A stretch of DNA of 64,000 bases from Octopus sinensis. Lineage: Eukaryota. Both the position numbers and the translations under genes were made by a program. The notes beneath the pieces are model-generated. The model was not told the origin of the DNA. It saw nothing but the letters and a program-made list of their open reading frames with translations, and made no database searches. Shown in pieces: positions 38,482 through 51,629 of the stretch. The first letter of the stretch is position 1. The number at the start of each line of letters is the position of its first letter. The stretch lies in NCBI RefSeq assembly GCF_006345805.1, contig NC_043001.1:1860001-1924000 (forward strand), given 5' to 3'.

Positions 38482-41400
38482 TCTGTGTGTGTGTGTGTAT
38501 GTACCTTTCACTGCTGTATATTGCCAAAGGACATAAAACAGAAGTAAAAAGAAGTTACTCTTTCATTGAAGTCCTTTCCACTGAATTTCCGCCACTCGCT
38601 TCTGCTGATCTCCCACCATCAAAAGGGCAGTGAAAAAGCTGTGCTGACAACACCATGGCATATGAATTGTCATAACAACCACAACATTTGCAGACAGAGG
38701 TAGGTTTGATTGAACGAACCCAAATATATCACTGGTATTTACTGTGTCAAAGTTGTATGAAAGAAAAGAAACAAACTTTCCAAGTTATTCTAGTCCAGAA
38801 TTTACCGTTCCGCTGACACTGTCTTCAGTGGTTCCTAATTATTTAGAAGCAACCATTTGTTGGCGTTGCAATTACTTTATGGCCAGTTATCTAAATGAGT
38901 TTACTAAAAGACCTCGATTGGAATAATATAGCGTCAGTGCTTATTGAAGAACTAAAATGACATTGCCGTGACTTGATCATTAAATTTTGCTGAGGTTTCA
39001 TCGAAAACTTCTTGCCAGAGATTAAATAGGAGGCATTAAAGAAGAGGAAAAACAAGCAAAACAAAATGGTAAATATTGAGAAGAAATCTAAAGGAAGTAG
39101 CTTTAATCTTTGTTGATGCTTGAAAGATGTTAGGAATGTCCAGGCTTGGGAATTAATGGTGTGAAAAAACTGTCTACAAAATGGGTGAATCAGCAAATGA
39201 AGTGTGAAAGAGAGTAAACTCACAGATGGAGGTTTGATTTTTATGATAGAATGAAAGAAATTTAGCAAAAGAACCAATATTAAGAACTGTCTCAAATAAA
39301 TACGGTCAAACTGGTTTAAAACAAAAAAAAAACTTAATCTTAGTTGTGAAAAAACTAATGTCATGTAGAGCCTTCTTAATCTTTAACATGTTCATGGTGT
39401 ATTTCATTAAAGGCTTTGTTTTATTACTCTTTTTCTAAACACTATTTCACTTCACTGCCTTCTTCTAGCCTATTACCATTTGATACTAAGAATCTTGAAG
39501 GATAATATGACTCAAAATTTGTTTCATAGCTAAACGCATTCAACTAAAAATTTCTTTTTATCACAATTATTATATTTATTAAAAAAGAAACATGTTTGGG
39601 ATCTTTTAAAGAAAAAAATAAAGAAAACGAACTAAGGAAAGAAATTCTAAGGTTTTCTTTGTCTTCAAAACTTTTTCCATTCTCTTTTTGGTATCATTTT
39701 GATATGCCAATGGCAGGATATAACAGGTTTGAAAATTAAGGTATTTGCATGAATGCTTGGAACAGATATTTTACGGTTGGATGTCTTCTCTAGCACTAAC
39801 TACCTTATCATAAAATAAAGCTGGAAGCTATTTTCATACTTCGAAGACTGTTCTCAGAAACAATATAAACAGCAGGAATTTAACTAGAAATTCTTCTTTT
39901 CTTTTCTTCAATGCTTTGAAGAACAGAAAAGAAAAAGAGAAAAAACAAAACAAAATAAATTACTAAGAAATAAGGCTTTCCATTCTAGTTAGGAAAGAAA
40001 AAGAATGTTTCTATCCATTTATCTATGTTGGAATTAGGTAGATATAATTAGACTAAGTCAGCCTTTCAGATTAGATAAAATATTCATTGTAGAATCTTTA
40101 CCATTGTTATAAATATTTAAAATATTTATAAAGATTTCCATGGAAAGTGTTCTGGATTAAAATCAAAATTAATGAGAGTTTGCGATCACCGAATTGACTG
40201 TCAGAGTTTCAACACATATTTTCAATATTCTTAAGATTAACATAAAGGAGATCATTCATCATTCACAGAGTGATAGTGATTGAGTAATTGATGGGGTGGG
40301 GAGGATGCGATTGTTTAACCCCAAGTCAGTCCCTATAGAGGAGACCTCTCATCAAAATGTTGCAGTCTTTTTATATACCCAATACATTTCCAGTGTGTTC
40401 TTCAAATTTTTAAAATAAGAAGGCATCTTCAGAGGGCTAGTTTGCTGCTATTTCAAGCAAACTAAGTGACTGTGTGGTGTTGCTTTAATAAATAATAAAA
40501 ATAATGACAACTGTTAATTATACATAGCAATTATTAATTATAAGTAAATAAGTTAAAGCATGTTTTAATTTGTTGTTAATTAAACAATGCAATTATTATT
40601 TATAGACAAAAATGATTGGTTTTTTTTTTGGGAGGGGGGGTGATTAAATAGTTGCGTATTTAGTAATGAGAGGGGGAAATGATTGCTATATTTGGAAGTG
40701 GTTGTGTGTGTGTGTGTGTGAATATGTGTATGTGTGTGTGAATACGTGTATATGTCTGTGTGTATGTGTGTTTGTGTGTTTACTGGGCATCATGAGCTAC
40801 AAGTGGCAATACTTTTTTTATTTCTCCCATCAACTGGTTTCGAACCTTTGTAGGTGTGTGAAGTAAGAGATTCCTAATTCAAAAAACATAGCAGCTAAGG
40901 GTTAATGACAAGAAGGACACTTTCCTGTAATACAGTGTTTCAATAATAAACGCATTTGCCTAATCTCTGCTATTAGTGAAAATAGGCTGAAAAAGGAAGA
41001 AATAAGTAAATTTAATCATTTCACCTTCATTCAGATTGAAGTCTTATCTTTATTACTCTCTCTATATTGTGTATTAGACTGTTTTTCTACCGTTTCTATA
41101 TATAGTACAATTACATAAATACAGAAACTTTAATCATATCATTATCTTCAGATGCTAATGCAAGTCTAATTCTTATCAGTTTTTCTACATGTTTTATGTG
41201 GGATGTAAAAATCCATGGGGAAAGATATTTTACTCAATATTTAAGCAGATTTGAACTCAGGACTGTGATGTTCCTCTGTTGATAGTTTACTGTTAAGTTA
41301 CATAAAATTTAGGAGAAAATGGTAAATATGCAGTTCTTTATCAGTTGATAAATTAGCTTCTTCTGTTATCAAAGATATTGATTAGGAAGTTTGGCTTAAT

Positions 41401-43699
41401 TCCTTATGTTGTAGAATATTTAATGTGAAAGAAAAGGAAGAAAACCATTTGTCTTGTTAGAAGCTTAATTTGTGGAGAGAAATGTTTAATTTAGAGTTCA
41501 GCTGAATGTTAATAAAGGTATGTTGACTTCCTGACAGTAAGACGTAGAGGTGGTGGAGAGGAGGTGGAGAACATAACATTCTAACGAGTAGGATTCATTT
41601 ATTAAATAACTCATTAACCTCTGTCAAATTTCTGGTTACTCTTATGGAAAATAACAAACAAACAGGTCCTCCTCTATTACCAGTTTCTATGAATGACACT
41701 GGAATTACTATTTTCTTCCTCAACTTCTAACCAAATAAATATTTATGCCAAGAAATATTTGATAAATAAATAACGATTTTTCAGTGGAAGCAGACAGCTG
41801 AAGGTTTAAAGTTCCAGGCCATTAATTGGAAGGTCAACCATTTTAACCTAGCCGCTGATATTGATCCAGGCTTACTGTATTATCCTGGATGACCTCACTA
41901 AAACTAGCTACCACTGTCATTTTAGAGTTGAATGACTCATTTTAGGAAGGGGATCATACCATGTTATTTTAACAATTTGTGCAAATATTCAATTTTCTGG
42001 CTTGCCCAGCTTATGTTACATGCAAAAATAGTATTAAAAAAAAAATCTAAAGAAAAAAGTACAGGAAGATAGGAAAAAAAAATCCAACTGACTCACCTGG
42101 TTTGTTTGTCTTTCTTCATGTGCAATTTCAAATTCCAAATTATGCCAAGCAGATATTTTAGGTGTGAGGATGCATAGAAAGTTCCAGCACAAAACTTTGG
42201 CAACTGGAATAAACACTCCACAAGCTGTGATGCACAATTATGGTTTTGAAAAACTCAGTAAATCAATTAAGATTGCTGAAATTTATTTGCTTTTTTCAAT
42301 CGGGGTTAATTCAGCTTTTTAATAATCGCCAGAAAATTTCATAAATAAACAGAATTGGTTACATTGTCAGTGAATAAAACTTTACTGAACTACATTATTT
42401 TATACTCTACTAAACCCTACTAAACTATACTATTTTATATTATACCATACTAAAGAAACTCTACACAATAAACCATTCTAAACAGCTAAAATTTTTTCAT
42501 TTTTTCTTTCTTTTTACATTAAAAGCAAATGTGTTCCTGGTTTTATATTTAGTTTTCTAAATCTCGTCAATGTAATTCATCATAATTTTTATTAGACACA
42601 TTCCCTCTTTATACAATTAACCACAAAGCATAAGGTCATTAAACTAATCTTTTCCAGACAATAAATATCCATAGAGCCTTGAAATCCAATCCTACAATCC
42701 ATTGAACTTCAACAGCAGTTAGCTATACACACCGTACTCCCCCATTAACCGTGAGGGGGACTAAACTTGGTCGTAAATTCTATACAGTGAGGAATCTTGA
42801 CATAATAAATTATGAAAATGGTTGTGGTAACAATACTTGAACTGTCGATGGATTTCTTCTAACAACCCATGCCAGCATGGACGATGGACGTTAAAGGATG
42901 ATGAGGATAATGAGTCGAACAATCTAAAACAAGAGAAGAAAGAGGTGTTGTGATATTCATGCTATTCCAAAGGATTTTATCAATGTAAATGTAGATGTTT
43001 GTGGAACTCTTGACAAGGTTTCATCAAAGACCAGTCATTCAGCTCCACTGTTCAGGATTCGAAATGTAGGACTGATAAATCTTCCTCTGTATCAATGCCA
43101 GTCTGCTGCAAATGGCTTTCTAGATGATCTTTTAATTCTTCACCAGAACTAATTCCTTTAAGACAATGTAAAATAAAGTATTCTACCTTACAAAGAAACT
43201 CTAGTCATGCAGCTAATTTGAACTTACAATTCATGAGCTTGCAATCAGGATATTTTATCTACTCAATCAAAGCCAGCGTAAGTAAAAAAAATCTCAGTAT
43301 CACAGTATTAGTCAGACCATCACAAGCAGTTATACACCACTGGTCACAATGCACTTCTAATTTTGTCTTGATTGTGCCATCCTTTTCCATCTTAACCCAA
43401 ATTACTTAACTAGATCATCTTCTCATTGCTATGAAGGCCTTCTAAGTAGACTTTTCTGGTTTCTTGTATACCACTTAGCAACTGCACAGGTCCAGCTGTT
43501 GTCTGGTTGTCTGTGAATCTTAGAACATGACCAGCTCAGCAGAAAACTTGTACTTTCATGTAAAAGAAAATACAAATACAAATTGGAATTTACATTGTCA
43601 CGCAGTCGCCTCTCTGACAAATTGTCTTCCAATGTCAATAATACTCGATTGTTTCTCTCTTCAGAAATTTAAAAGAAAGCAAGCAAGGGAATGTGATTA

Positions 43700-43990
43700 A
43701 GAAGATTTAATTATGCAGCCCAGGGGTAACCAAAAACTTCACAGAGATGAGAGAAAACATGAAAGTATCAAAGAAAAGTGCTTTGTGATACAGTTTTGTC
43801 TTCTTATATCCACCTTCACTTTGTTGTCTTTCAGCCTGCAATCCAGCTTAGAGGCGTTCAGCCATTATTGTTCAGAGGCAGCTTGACACCAATGCTGTAT
43901 CGAGTGAGCATGCAAATTGATCCCCTGATCCCACCATTCCTCTTGAACTGGACGGAAAAGCTGTAGCCAAGTTGACTGATATAAATAGTT
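43700..43990. mobile_element. possible Tc1/mariner-type short element
   Basis: Resembles remembered octopod repeat ends (ttggctacagcttttccgtccagttcaag; ttttggttacccctgggctgcataattaa); no clean TIR pair found. Confidence 0.3.
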
Positions 43991-44558
43991 AAAATACTTG
44001 AAAACTGATCATGCTCCAATGGCTGACCTCAACACACTCCTACCCTTCATCATCATCACCACCACCACCACCACCACCACCACCACCACCACCACCACCA
44101 GTACCACCACCATCACCACCACTTTATATCAGCTTTCCCAGATAGATAATTTTCATCTGTTGTAAAAGAATGAAAGCAAAGTTGACCTTGGTGAGATTTG
44201 AACTCGGAGCAAAGAATGCTGTAAGGCATTCTATCTGGCACTCTGATGACTTTGCCAATTCACTACCACTGTTTTTTTTTCTCTTTTTGGCATTGTGCAT
44301 CTCGGACTACACTCCTTTTTATCCTAGAAAAAATAGCGAGAATTGATGTTGATTTCACTGCTATTTCAAGCAGATCTAGTAACCCCATAGAAGCATCATT
44401 GTCAGTACAAGGTGGAAGTTCTGTTGCTATGGTGATAATTGGTTTGCTCTTTTGGGCAATTATATCAAACACAGGAACAACACACTAGGCCATGCTGTTA
44501 TCTGCAAAGAGCGTGAGAGGAACCTTCATTAACAACATCAACATTCGCAAATACTCAC

Positions 44559-44787
44559 TTAACCCATTCGATGCAGATTATTCTGTCCAATGTAAATGCT
44601 TATTCATTCACGTCATTCTGAATTAATCATTCATTATCCTGAATCTCCAAGATTACAACGATATGATCATTTATTTTTAGAATAACATTGAAGGGTAAGT
44701 GCGAGAGGCCAGATCTGGCCCATTGGAACATAAAACAAATTGAATATTTAGGCTGGAAAAGGCCAGTTGAAATGCCAAAGTGTTCAA
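44559..44787. mobile_element. piggyBac-like (TTAA-CCC) MITE remnant
   Basis: Starts ttaaccc and ends in the degenerate aatgccaaagtgttcaa. Confidence 0.4.
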
Positions 44788-45140
44788 CTGCTCCCTAACA
44801 CTCAATAGTTTCCTACCACTTTCTCTTCTAAGCTAATAGACTTGGGCATTTTATGATGCATTATTATTAGAGTTTTAAGGCAGTGAGCTGCCAGGATTGT
44901 TAGCCCACCGGTCTAAATGTTCAGTGGTATTTCACCCATCGCTACATTCTGAGTTCAAATTCCACCAAGGTCGACTTTGCTTTTCATCCCTTCACAGTAA
45001 ATAGGATAATGAAGTAAATAATTTGTTACTGAGGTGAGTTTTAAATATTTCGATAATTTTGGGCAAATACTCATTTTTTATATTCCGATCTGAACAATTT
45101 CCATATTCTTCTATAATTAAGAGATGAGGAATTATGTCCA

Positions 45141-45297
45141 TCATTTACATTATTTACATTATTTACATTTGATGAATATTTGTCCTCATCTTGTTTGTTG
45201 TTAATACAACGTTCCGGCTGATATACCCTCCAGCCTTCATCAGGTGTCTAGGAGAAATTTCAAACCTGGGTTCTCATTCCTAAAGTATTTTTCAATG

Positions 45298-45356
<59 letters not shown>

Positions 45357-45434
45357 ATACAGGTCACTGCCTGGAATCGAACTCGGAATCTTGGAGTTAG
45401 TAGCCTGCGCTCTTAACCACTATGCCATATGCCC
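45141..45434 (-). mobile_element. hammerhead-carrying tRNA SINE (family 5), copy B, full length
   Basis: Head GGGCATATGGCATAGTGGTTAAGAGCGCAGGCTACTAACTCCAAGATTCCGAGTTCGATTCCAGG resembles tRNA-Arg, with A and B boxes. It is followed by an internal (AAT)n and a core at 45203-45248 in which GAAA is changed to GGAA. Confidence 0.9.
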
Positions 45435-45468
45435 AAGATTCCGAGTTCAATTCCAGGCAGTGACTTCT

Positions 45469-45499
<31 letters not shown>

Positions 45500-45657
45500 T
45501 GATAACATCGAAAAATACCTTAGGAATGAGAACCCAGGTTTGAAATTTCCCTAAGACACCTGATGAAGGCTGAAAGGTATATCAGCCGAAACGTTGTGTT
45601 AACAACAAACAAGATGAGGACAAATATCCGTCAAATGTAAATAATGTAAATAATGTA
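45433..45657 (+). mobile_element. hammerhead-carrying tRNA SINE (family 5), copy C, 5'-truncated and inverted relative to copy B
   Basis: Begins inside the tRNA head (ccaagattccgag) and is the reverse complement of 45145-45394. Confidence 0.9.
45555..45600 (+). ncRNA. minimal type I hammerhead ribozyme motif with intact core
   Basis: GACAC | CUGAUGA | A | GGCUGA-aaggtata-UCAGCC | GAAA | C-GUU | GUGUU. Stem I is 5 bp, stem II is 6 bp, stem III is the palindrome ACGU, and the predicted cleavage is after 45595. Confidence 0.8.
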
Positions 45658-47458
45658 CACATTCATTTTTAATTTTATTTTTGTCAAAATATTTATAGAA
45701 AGTGGGGTTGTCCAGTTCCTGTATTATTCTCTTTCACTGAAGTTCAAGATGATTTGCACACTTACCAATCTGTTTTGTTGCATTCATCATCATCATCGTT
45801 TAATGTCAGTTTTCCATGCTAGCATGGGTTGGACGGACAATCATCTTATATTGCTCCTGTCCATAGACATCATTGCTAAATTGCTTGATAATACAGAAAA
45901 GATTCCGAAGCCGGTGACCAATTGGCGCATACACTTGTTGGTCAACAATAAAGAAAAGATAGGGTACATACCTACTCATCGATATTCCATGGAATATTTC
46001 AGATTATTTTTTTTTTATGAATGAGCATAAAAAGTAAGAAGCTTAGGATGAAATGAAAGGGGGGAAAATGATGAAAAAGATTAAAAAAAAGTGATTTTAA
46101 AAGAATGATAAAAAAGATGTAAAAAATATAATAAAATATCCCCCTTCCAAGGGGAATATTACATAAAGTATTCCTGTGAGGTTAGAACTTACTGTCTTGA
46201 TGTTAATTCCTACTGAAAAAGTTGTCAACTACTTCATCATTGATGCTTTAAATAAACTCTGTGACGATGCCAAGCTACCATTAGTCTTTTGTCTATTTTA
46301 GCAGAACTAGTGTAAGACAGTCTGAAAGAATCCTTTGCAATAAAGTGCAAAGATTATCCTTGAAGCAATTTAAAATAAGAATGACCGTGTGGTCAAGGGT
46401 ATTGAACGTGTGGTAAAAATTAATTTTTATAACCATAGGATTTTAGGTTCCAGTCCCACTACGTGCTTCATGGCTTTTGTTTTATTTCATGATTCTCTTG
46501 AACTATGCTCGATCTATTTACCATTTCAGTTTGGACTTATCACACATTATGACAATCTGCATTCGTTTTATGTTCCTCTCATCTTCAGAGAACCGGATCT
46601 CTTGTAGAAACAGTTTCTTCCTCTGGTTTTGAGTTTTATTTACAATCAGCCTCTCAGAGTTTTATGGGTTCCACAGGTGAATCCAATTTTTAATTGTGTG
46701 TGCGATGATGTGGACAAACCATGCCAGGTTTGGTGAGTCAACTGGTGAGTTGAATAAGTTTTTGTAGAAAAGCAGAAGAGCATTTCATGATGTCTGCTGT
46801 TGGAGATTATTCTCAGCAATGATTGTAGAGCACCGAATAGCACGGTCTTCCATTGAAAAGTGTTTATTTCTGTTTTCGTTCTCACTTTCAAGGGTTAATC
46901 AAATAATTTCTTTATATTTTCCACTCAGCAGATTTCCTCAGAGTTTATCAGAGGTCGTACAGTTGGAAGAAATCCTTTGGCTATTTACGAATTGCTTTAA
47001 ATTGACAGGTAAGAAAGAAGATACTCTATTTGAATGAATGGATGATGGCATTTCTCAATAAGTCTCCAACAATAGAAGTACATGTATGGACACTTAGAAA
47101 ACGAGAACATTTATCGATTATGGTATGTATGTTTACATGTGAATTAATAGGATGTGGAAGAGCTCCTTTAAAAATCTTTTGACAAGCGTTCAAATGGCTG
47201 GATAGTTTTTATTAGAGAAATATCTTTAGACAATACAAGTTATGTTAAGTTTTATTACATCCATGACAACTGGTGCAGACTCGTTATACTTCTTCGACAG
47301 AAAATGTTTCGTTACACACTTTTATAACTTCTTATACAAGGATGAGTTAAGAAATGATGCAGTAATTCTAAATTTATAGTTGTCGAAGTACCAGCACAAG
47401 CAGGAGATGTATGATAATCTGAAAGATTCTCCAAGCCATGTTTATAGGTTACAGAGCT

Positions 47459-47516
<58 letters not shown>

Positions 47517-48548
47517 GGAGAGAATTTCGATTCTTTAGTGTAAGATTTTATCATTTTATCATGGCTTTTATTGTCAAAATGGACCTTTGATCTGTCACCA
47601 AATTAAATGTTTCCATTCTCTCACAGTTTCTATAACTTTTTCGACAGTGTAGTAAGAGATTATTTAAAAACCTTGAGAAAGTCTACCATCTTGTGATAAC
47701 CATGGTACAATAACAGTTGGCACTAGTAACATCTGCTCCAACAGTAAAAGACAAATTCTCACCGACATTCCCACTCCACAACTGCTTGATTAGGATAATT
47801 TAAAATGGTATCAAAATGGTCTCATGCAGAGGAAAATCTATACTGCTGATAGCATAGTTTTCAAAGATAAGAAAGGGTTTGATTTGGGAAAGTAGGCAAA
47901 AGACCACACACCCATTGAAGCTATTTAGTATTTTGAGAGTTCTTCAAAAACCTAAAGGAGTTCTAAACTGGGAATTAATTCTCCATTTGAAATTAAATAA
48001 CATACAGAGTTAACAGACGACAGATTATTAAAATAGCAAGTAGACATTAGATTTAGTTATTTTAAGGGCTATGGGTTGGCCGGGTTGTTTGGAACATCAG
48101 ACAAAATGCTTACTGATATTTAACCATGACTATTTACATCCTGAGTTCAAATCCTACAAAGATCAACTTCACCTTTCATCGCTTCTGGGTCAATAACACA
48201 AAGTACCAGTCACGAACTGGAATTGGTTGGATTGACTAAATCCCTCCCTTGGCCTTGCACCCAAACCAGAAATTTCTTTATTTTTGTGTAAGGTCAGATC
48301 GTTATTATGCTTGACAGCTTTAAAGGAATCGAAAGATTAGAATTGTACTCTGAGCACAAATAAAAACACATCCAAATATGAAGAAGTGAAAATAAACTTA
48401 CTTCTTTCGACAAAAATTCTCAGTTTTTGTGTTGAAGAAATTCTAGAATTTCAAATTTGGAGCAAATGTGGAAATTAACTTCAAACATTAACTTTATCGA
48501 TTGATAAAACTTAACATTTTATTTTGCAATATTTAGCATTGATCTATC

Positions 48549-48603
<55 letters not shown>

Positions 48604-48642
48604 TTATCTATCTACCTCTCTCTTTCTATTTCTCTCTTTCTG

Positions 48643-48676
<34 letters not shown>

Positions 48677-48939
48677 TATATATATATATGTATGAGCAGA
48701 CAAACTCAACACATTTATTGGGAGTTACATGTATAGATTAAATCAGTTTGATTTAAACTCCTTGGTACTCTGAGTTTCAAGCATATTGCTAGTCTTCAGC
48801 CATTGGGGTCTGAATGAGACTTTGACTGAAGAGATGGACGTTAGCCTGTGATTGGTCGAAAAAGGTCACGTGGTATAACAGTCTGATGTTGGCGTTTTAG
48901 CAACAACAATTACTTGGAAAATACCACATGGTGAACAGG

Positions 48940-48980
48940 AAATCTGAGTTTGATTCCAGGCTGTGACCTGAATAATGATG

Positions 48981-49032
<52 letters not shown>

Positions 49033-49791
49033 TAATAATGATAATAATAATAATAATAGTAATAATAATAATAATGATAATAATAATAATAATAATAATG
49101 ATAATAATAATGATAATGATAATGATAATAATGATAATAATGATAATAATAATAATAATAGTAATCATCATCATCATCATCATCATCATTTAGTGTCCGT
49201 TTTCCATGCTAGCATGGGTTGGACGGTTCTACTGGGGTCTGTGAAGCCAGAAGGCTTCATCAGGCCCAGTCAAATCTGGCAGTGTTTCTACGGCTGGATG
49301 CCCTTCCTAACGCCAACCACTCCGTGAGTGTAGTGGGTGCTTTTTACGTGCCACAATAATAATAATATAATAATAATAATGATAATAATAATAATGATAA
49401 TAATGATAATAATAATAATAATAATAGTAATAATATAATAATGATAATAATAATAATAATAATAATGATAATAATAATGATAATGATAATGATAATAATG
49501 ATAATAATGATAATAATAATAATAATAGTAATCATCATCATCATCATCATCATCATTTAGTGTCCGTTTTCCATGCTAGCATGGGTTGGACGGTTCTACT
49601 GGGGTCTGTGAAGCCAGAAGGCTTCATCAGGCCCAGTCAAATCTGGCAGTGTTTCTACGGCTGGATGCCCTTCCTAACGCCAACCACTCCGTGAGTGTAG
49701 TGGGTGCTTTTTACGTGCCACAATAATAATAATAATAATAATAATAATGATAATAATAATAATGATAATAATGATAATAATAATAATAATA

Positions 49792-49840
<49 letters not shown>

Positions 49841-50035
49841 TAATAATAATGATAATGATAATGATAATAATAACAATAATGATAATAATATTATAATGAT
49901 AACATCGGAAATATACCTTAGGAATGAGAACCCATTCACCTGATGAAGGCTGGAGAGTACATCAGCTGAAACATTGTGTTAACAACAAACAAGATGAGGA
50001 CAAATATCTGTCAAATGTAAATAATGTAAATAATA
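48940..50035 (+). mobile_element. hammerhead-carrying tRNA SINE (family 5), copy D, with expanded (AAT)n and nested duplicated SINE
   Basis: B-box half at 48940-48970, tail and decayed core at 49937-49980, and about 900 bp of (AAT)n plus two identical family 2 SINE fragments in between. Confidence 0.8.
49175..49721 (-). repeat. tandem duplication (period 367 bp) of a SINE family 2 fragment inside (AAT)n
   Basis: tttagtgtccg..ttttacgtgccac is identical at 49189-49354 and 49556-49721. Confidence 0.9.
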
Positions 50036-51579
50036 TCCATTTTCTATGCTGTCATGGGTTGGGAGGCTTGACAGGAACTTTTGAAATTTCTGAATGTGGA
50101 ATCTCTTTGTTTTTTACATTCAGTAAGATTTGGTTGAAATAGGTTTTTCAGTTTAAAGTGAGATTTTGAAAAGGTTTACCAGGTTCCATGGCCACCCCAT
50201 CGTTCAGTAAAACTACATATTAACAAAAATGTTTGTAATTGATGATAGATAACTATTTTCTATATTTTTTTTGCAATTTCAAAAACGATATGTTGAGCAC
50301 AAAATTGTGAAAAAAGAGAAAATCTTATATTTTATACAATCATCTTTAATGCACGTGCATGCACATACACACACATTTTATCAACATAAAATCCATCATT
50401 TCCTGCTGTTAGTTTCAAATCGTCCCTGGAAATAATGCCTGTTTTTGCATATATTTCATTGGTTGGTTTCACAAAAGATTCAAGTTTTATAAACACCATC
50501 AAAAGTCATAGAACCTTGAGTTATGCCTACTATATTAGTTATTACTCTCTTAGTTATGTCTACTATGTGGACAAAAGCTCTGCTCAAGTTTATCAGGGTT
50601 GAGGTCCTGACTGACAGTTGTTAGGGAGAAACGGAGACCACTATAAACTAACTGAAATGTCTTACTAACATCAAAGTAAGTTTGATGGGTCTAGCTATCT
50701 TATTTGGTTTTGATTTATCCAGTGAGTAATGATTAACACTGATTAATACTTTTGATAATGTTCCAGAGATATAATCCTTTAATTAATATAAATGTAACCG
50801 GTATCATTACCTGGAATAGCTAGCATGGTACCTTGTAAAATAAAACCCCCAACAATCAAAGACCATATTGTTTTATATTTAAGTTGCTGTTATCATATCC
50901 CAGTTGTTTAGAGCAAAGCACATGACCATTTACATGGTCTTAATGGCTGTTGGAAGGAAAGGATGTGTGGTTGAACCAGACCTGGTCTGAAGACTTCTAA
51001 CAGAAAAGACTTTGATAAATGTATCCATGGATTTGAATAGCTGTTTTAAACTGAATAGTGGCTTAAGTTCACCACTCAGTAGGTCTCAGCAGGATTTGAA
51101 CTTAGGTTGCTGAATGTCAGAGCACATGCTGGAAAGCATTGAGTTTGAGAGTCCAGTGTGCTAGGGTGGGGCTTTATCTGTTCACCCTGGAAGGATAAAA
51201 GGCAATACTGGTATGGAAAGTGTTTGAACTCAGAATGCAAGATTCCAGAATAAATCTAGCAAAGCATCTAATCCTGAACGCAACCAATTCCACCAGTCTG
51301 CCACTGAATATGGTTCTTTACCAACTCACAAAGAAGAAACAGTTAAAGTTAAGCATGGTGAGAGAATTAAAGTCAAAACACAAAATATCTGAACAAACAC
51401 TGCCAAACATTTTGCCCAGTGTTCCAAGTGACATTTATCATAGAGAAGACAATAGGAATTGTAGATCGTGTTTTTGATGTCTCTGGAGGCAATCACCTGC
51501 TCCTCTCTGATGAATGCTGCTTTCGTAGCTCCATTCATGTATTTTGCCTCACCAATATTTAGTAGACTGTATGAATGCA

Positions 51580-51597
51580 TGCATGTATGTATGTCTG

Positions 51598-51629
<32 letters not shown>

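Noticed and set aside
38891-39364. 157-aa hydrophobic minus-strand ORF
   Set aside because: Its F/L/I richness reflects T-rich DNA; there is no motif and no consistent exon structure.
42930-43680. Long open frames and splice-like sites on both strands
   Set aside because: Explained by an ancient RTE 3' remnant that aligns with 58780-59085.
44246-44488. Overlapping sense and antisense ORFs (RIDVDFTAISS.. / FDIIAQKSKP..)
   Set aside because: The strand cannot be chosen, there is no recognisable domain, and no supporting neighbouring exons.
45361-45434. tRNA gene
   Set aside because: The acceptor and anticodon stems do not pair; this is a SINE head, not a functional tRNA.
46930-47010. Plus-strand segment with a strong acceptor and CAG|GTAAGA donor (RFPQSLSEVVQLEEILW..)
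   Set aside because: It is isolated, the peptide is unrecognised, and there is no phase-matched partner.
51326-51580. 84-aa minus-strand ORF (LLNIGEAKYMNGATKAAF..)
   Set aside because: It starts in a microsatellite edge and shows no homology I can name.
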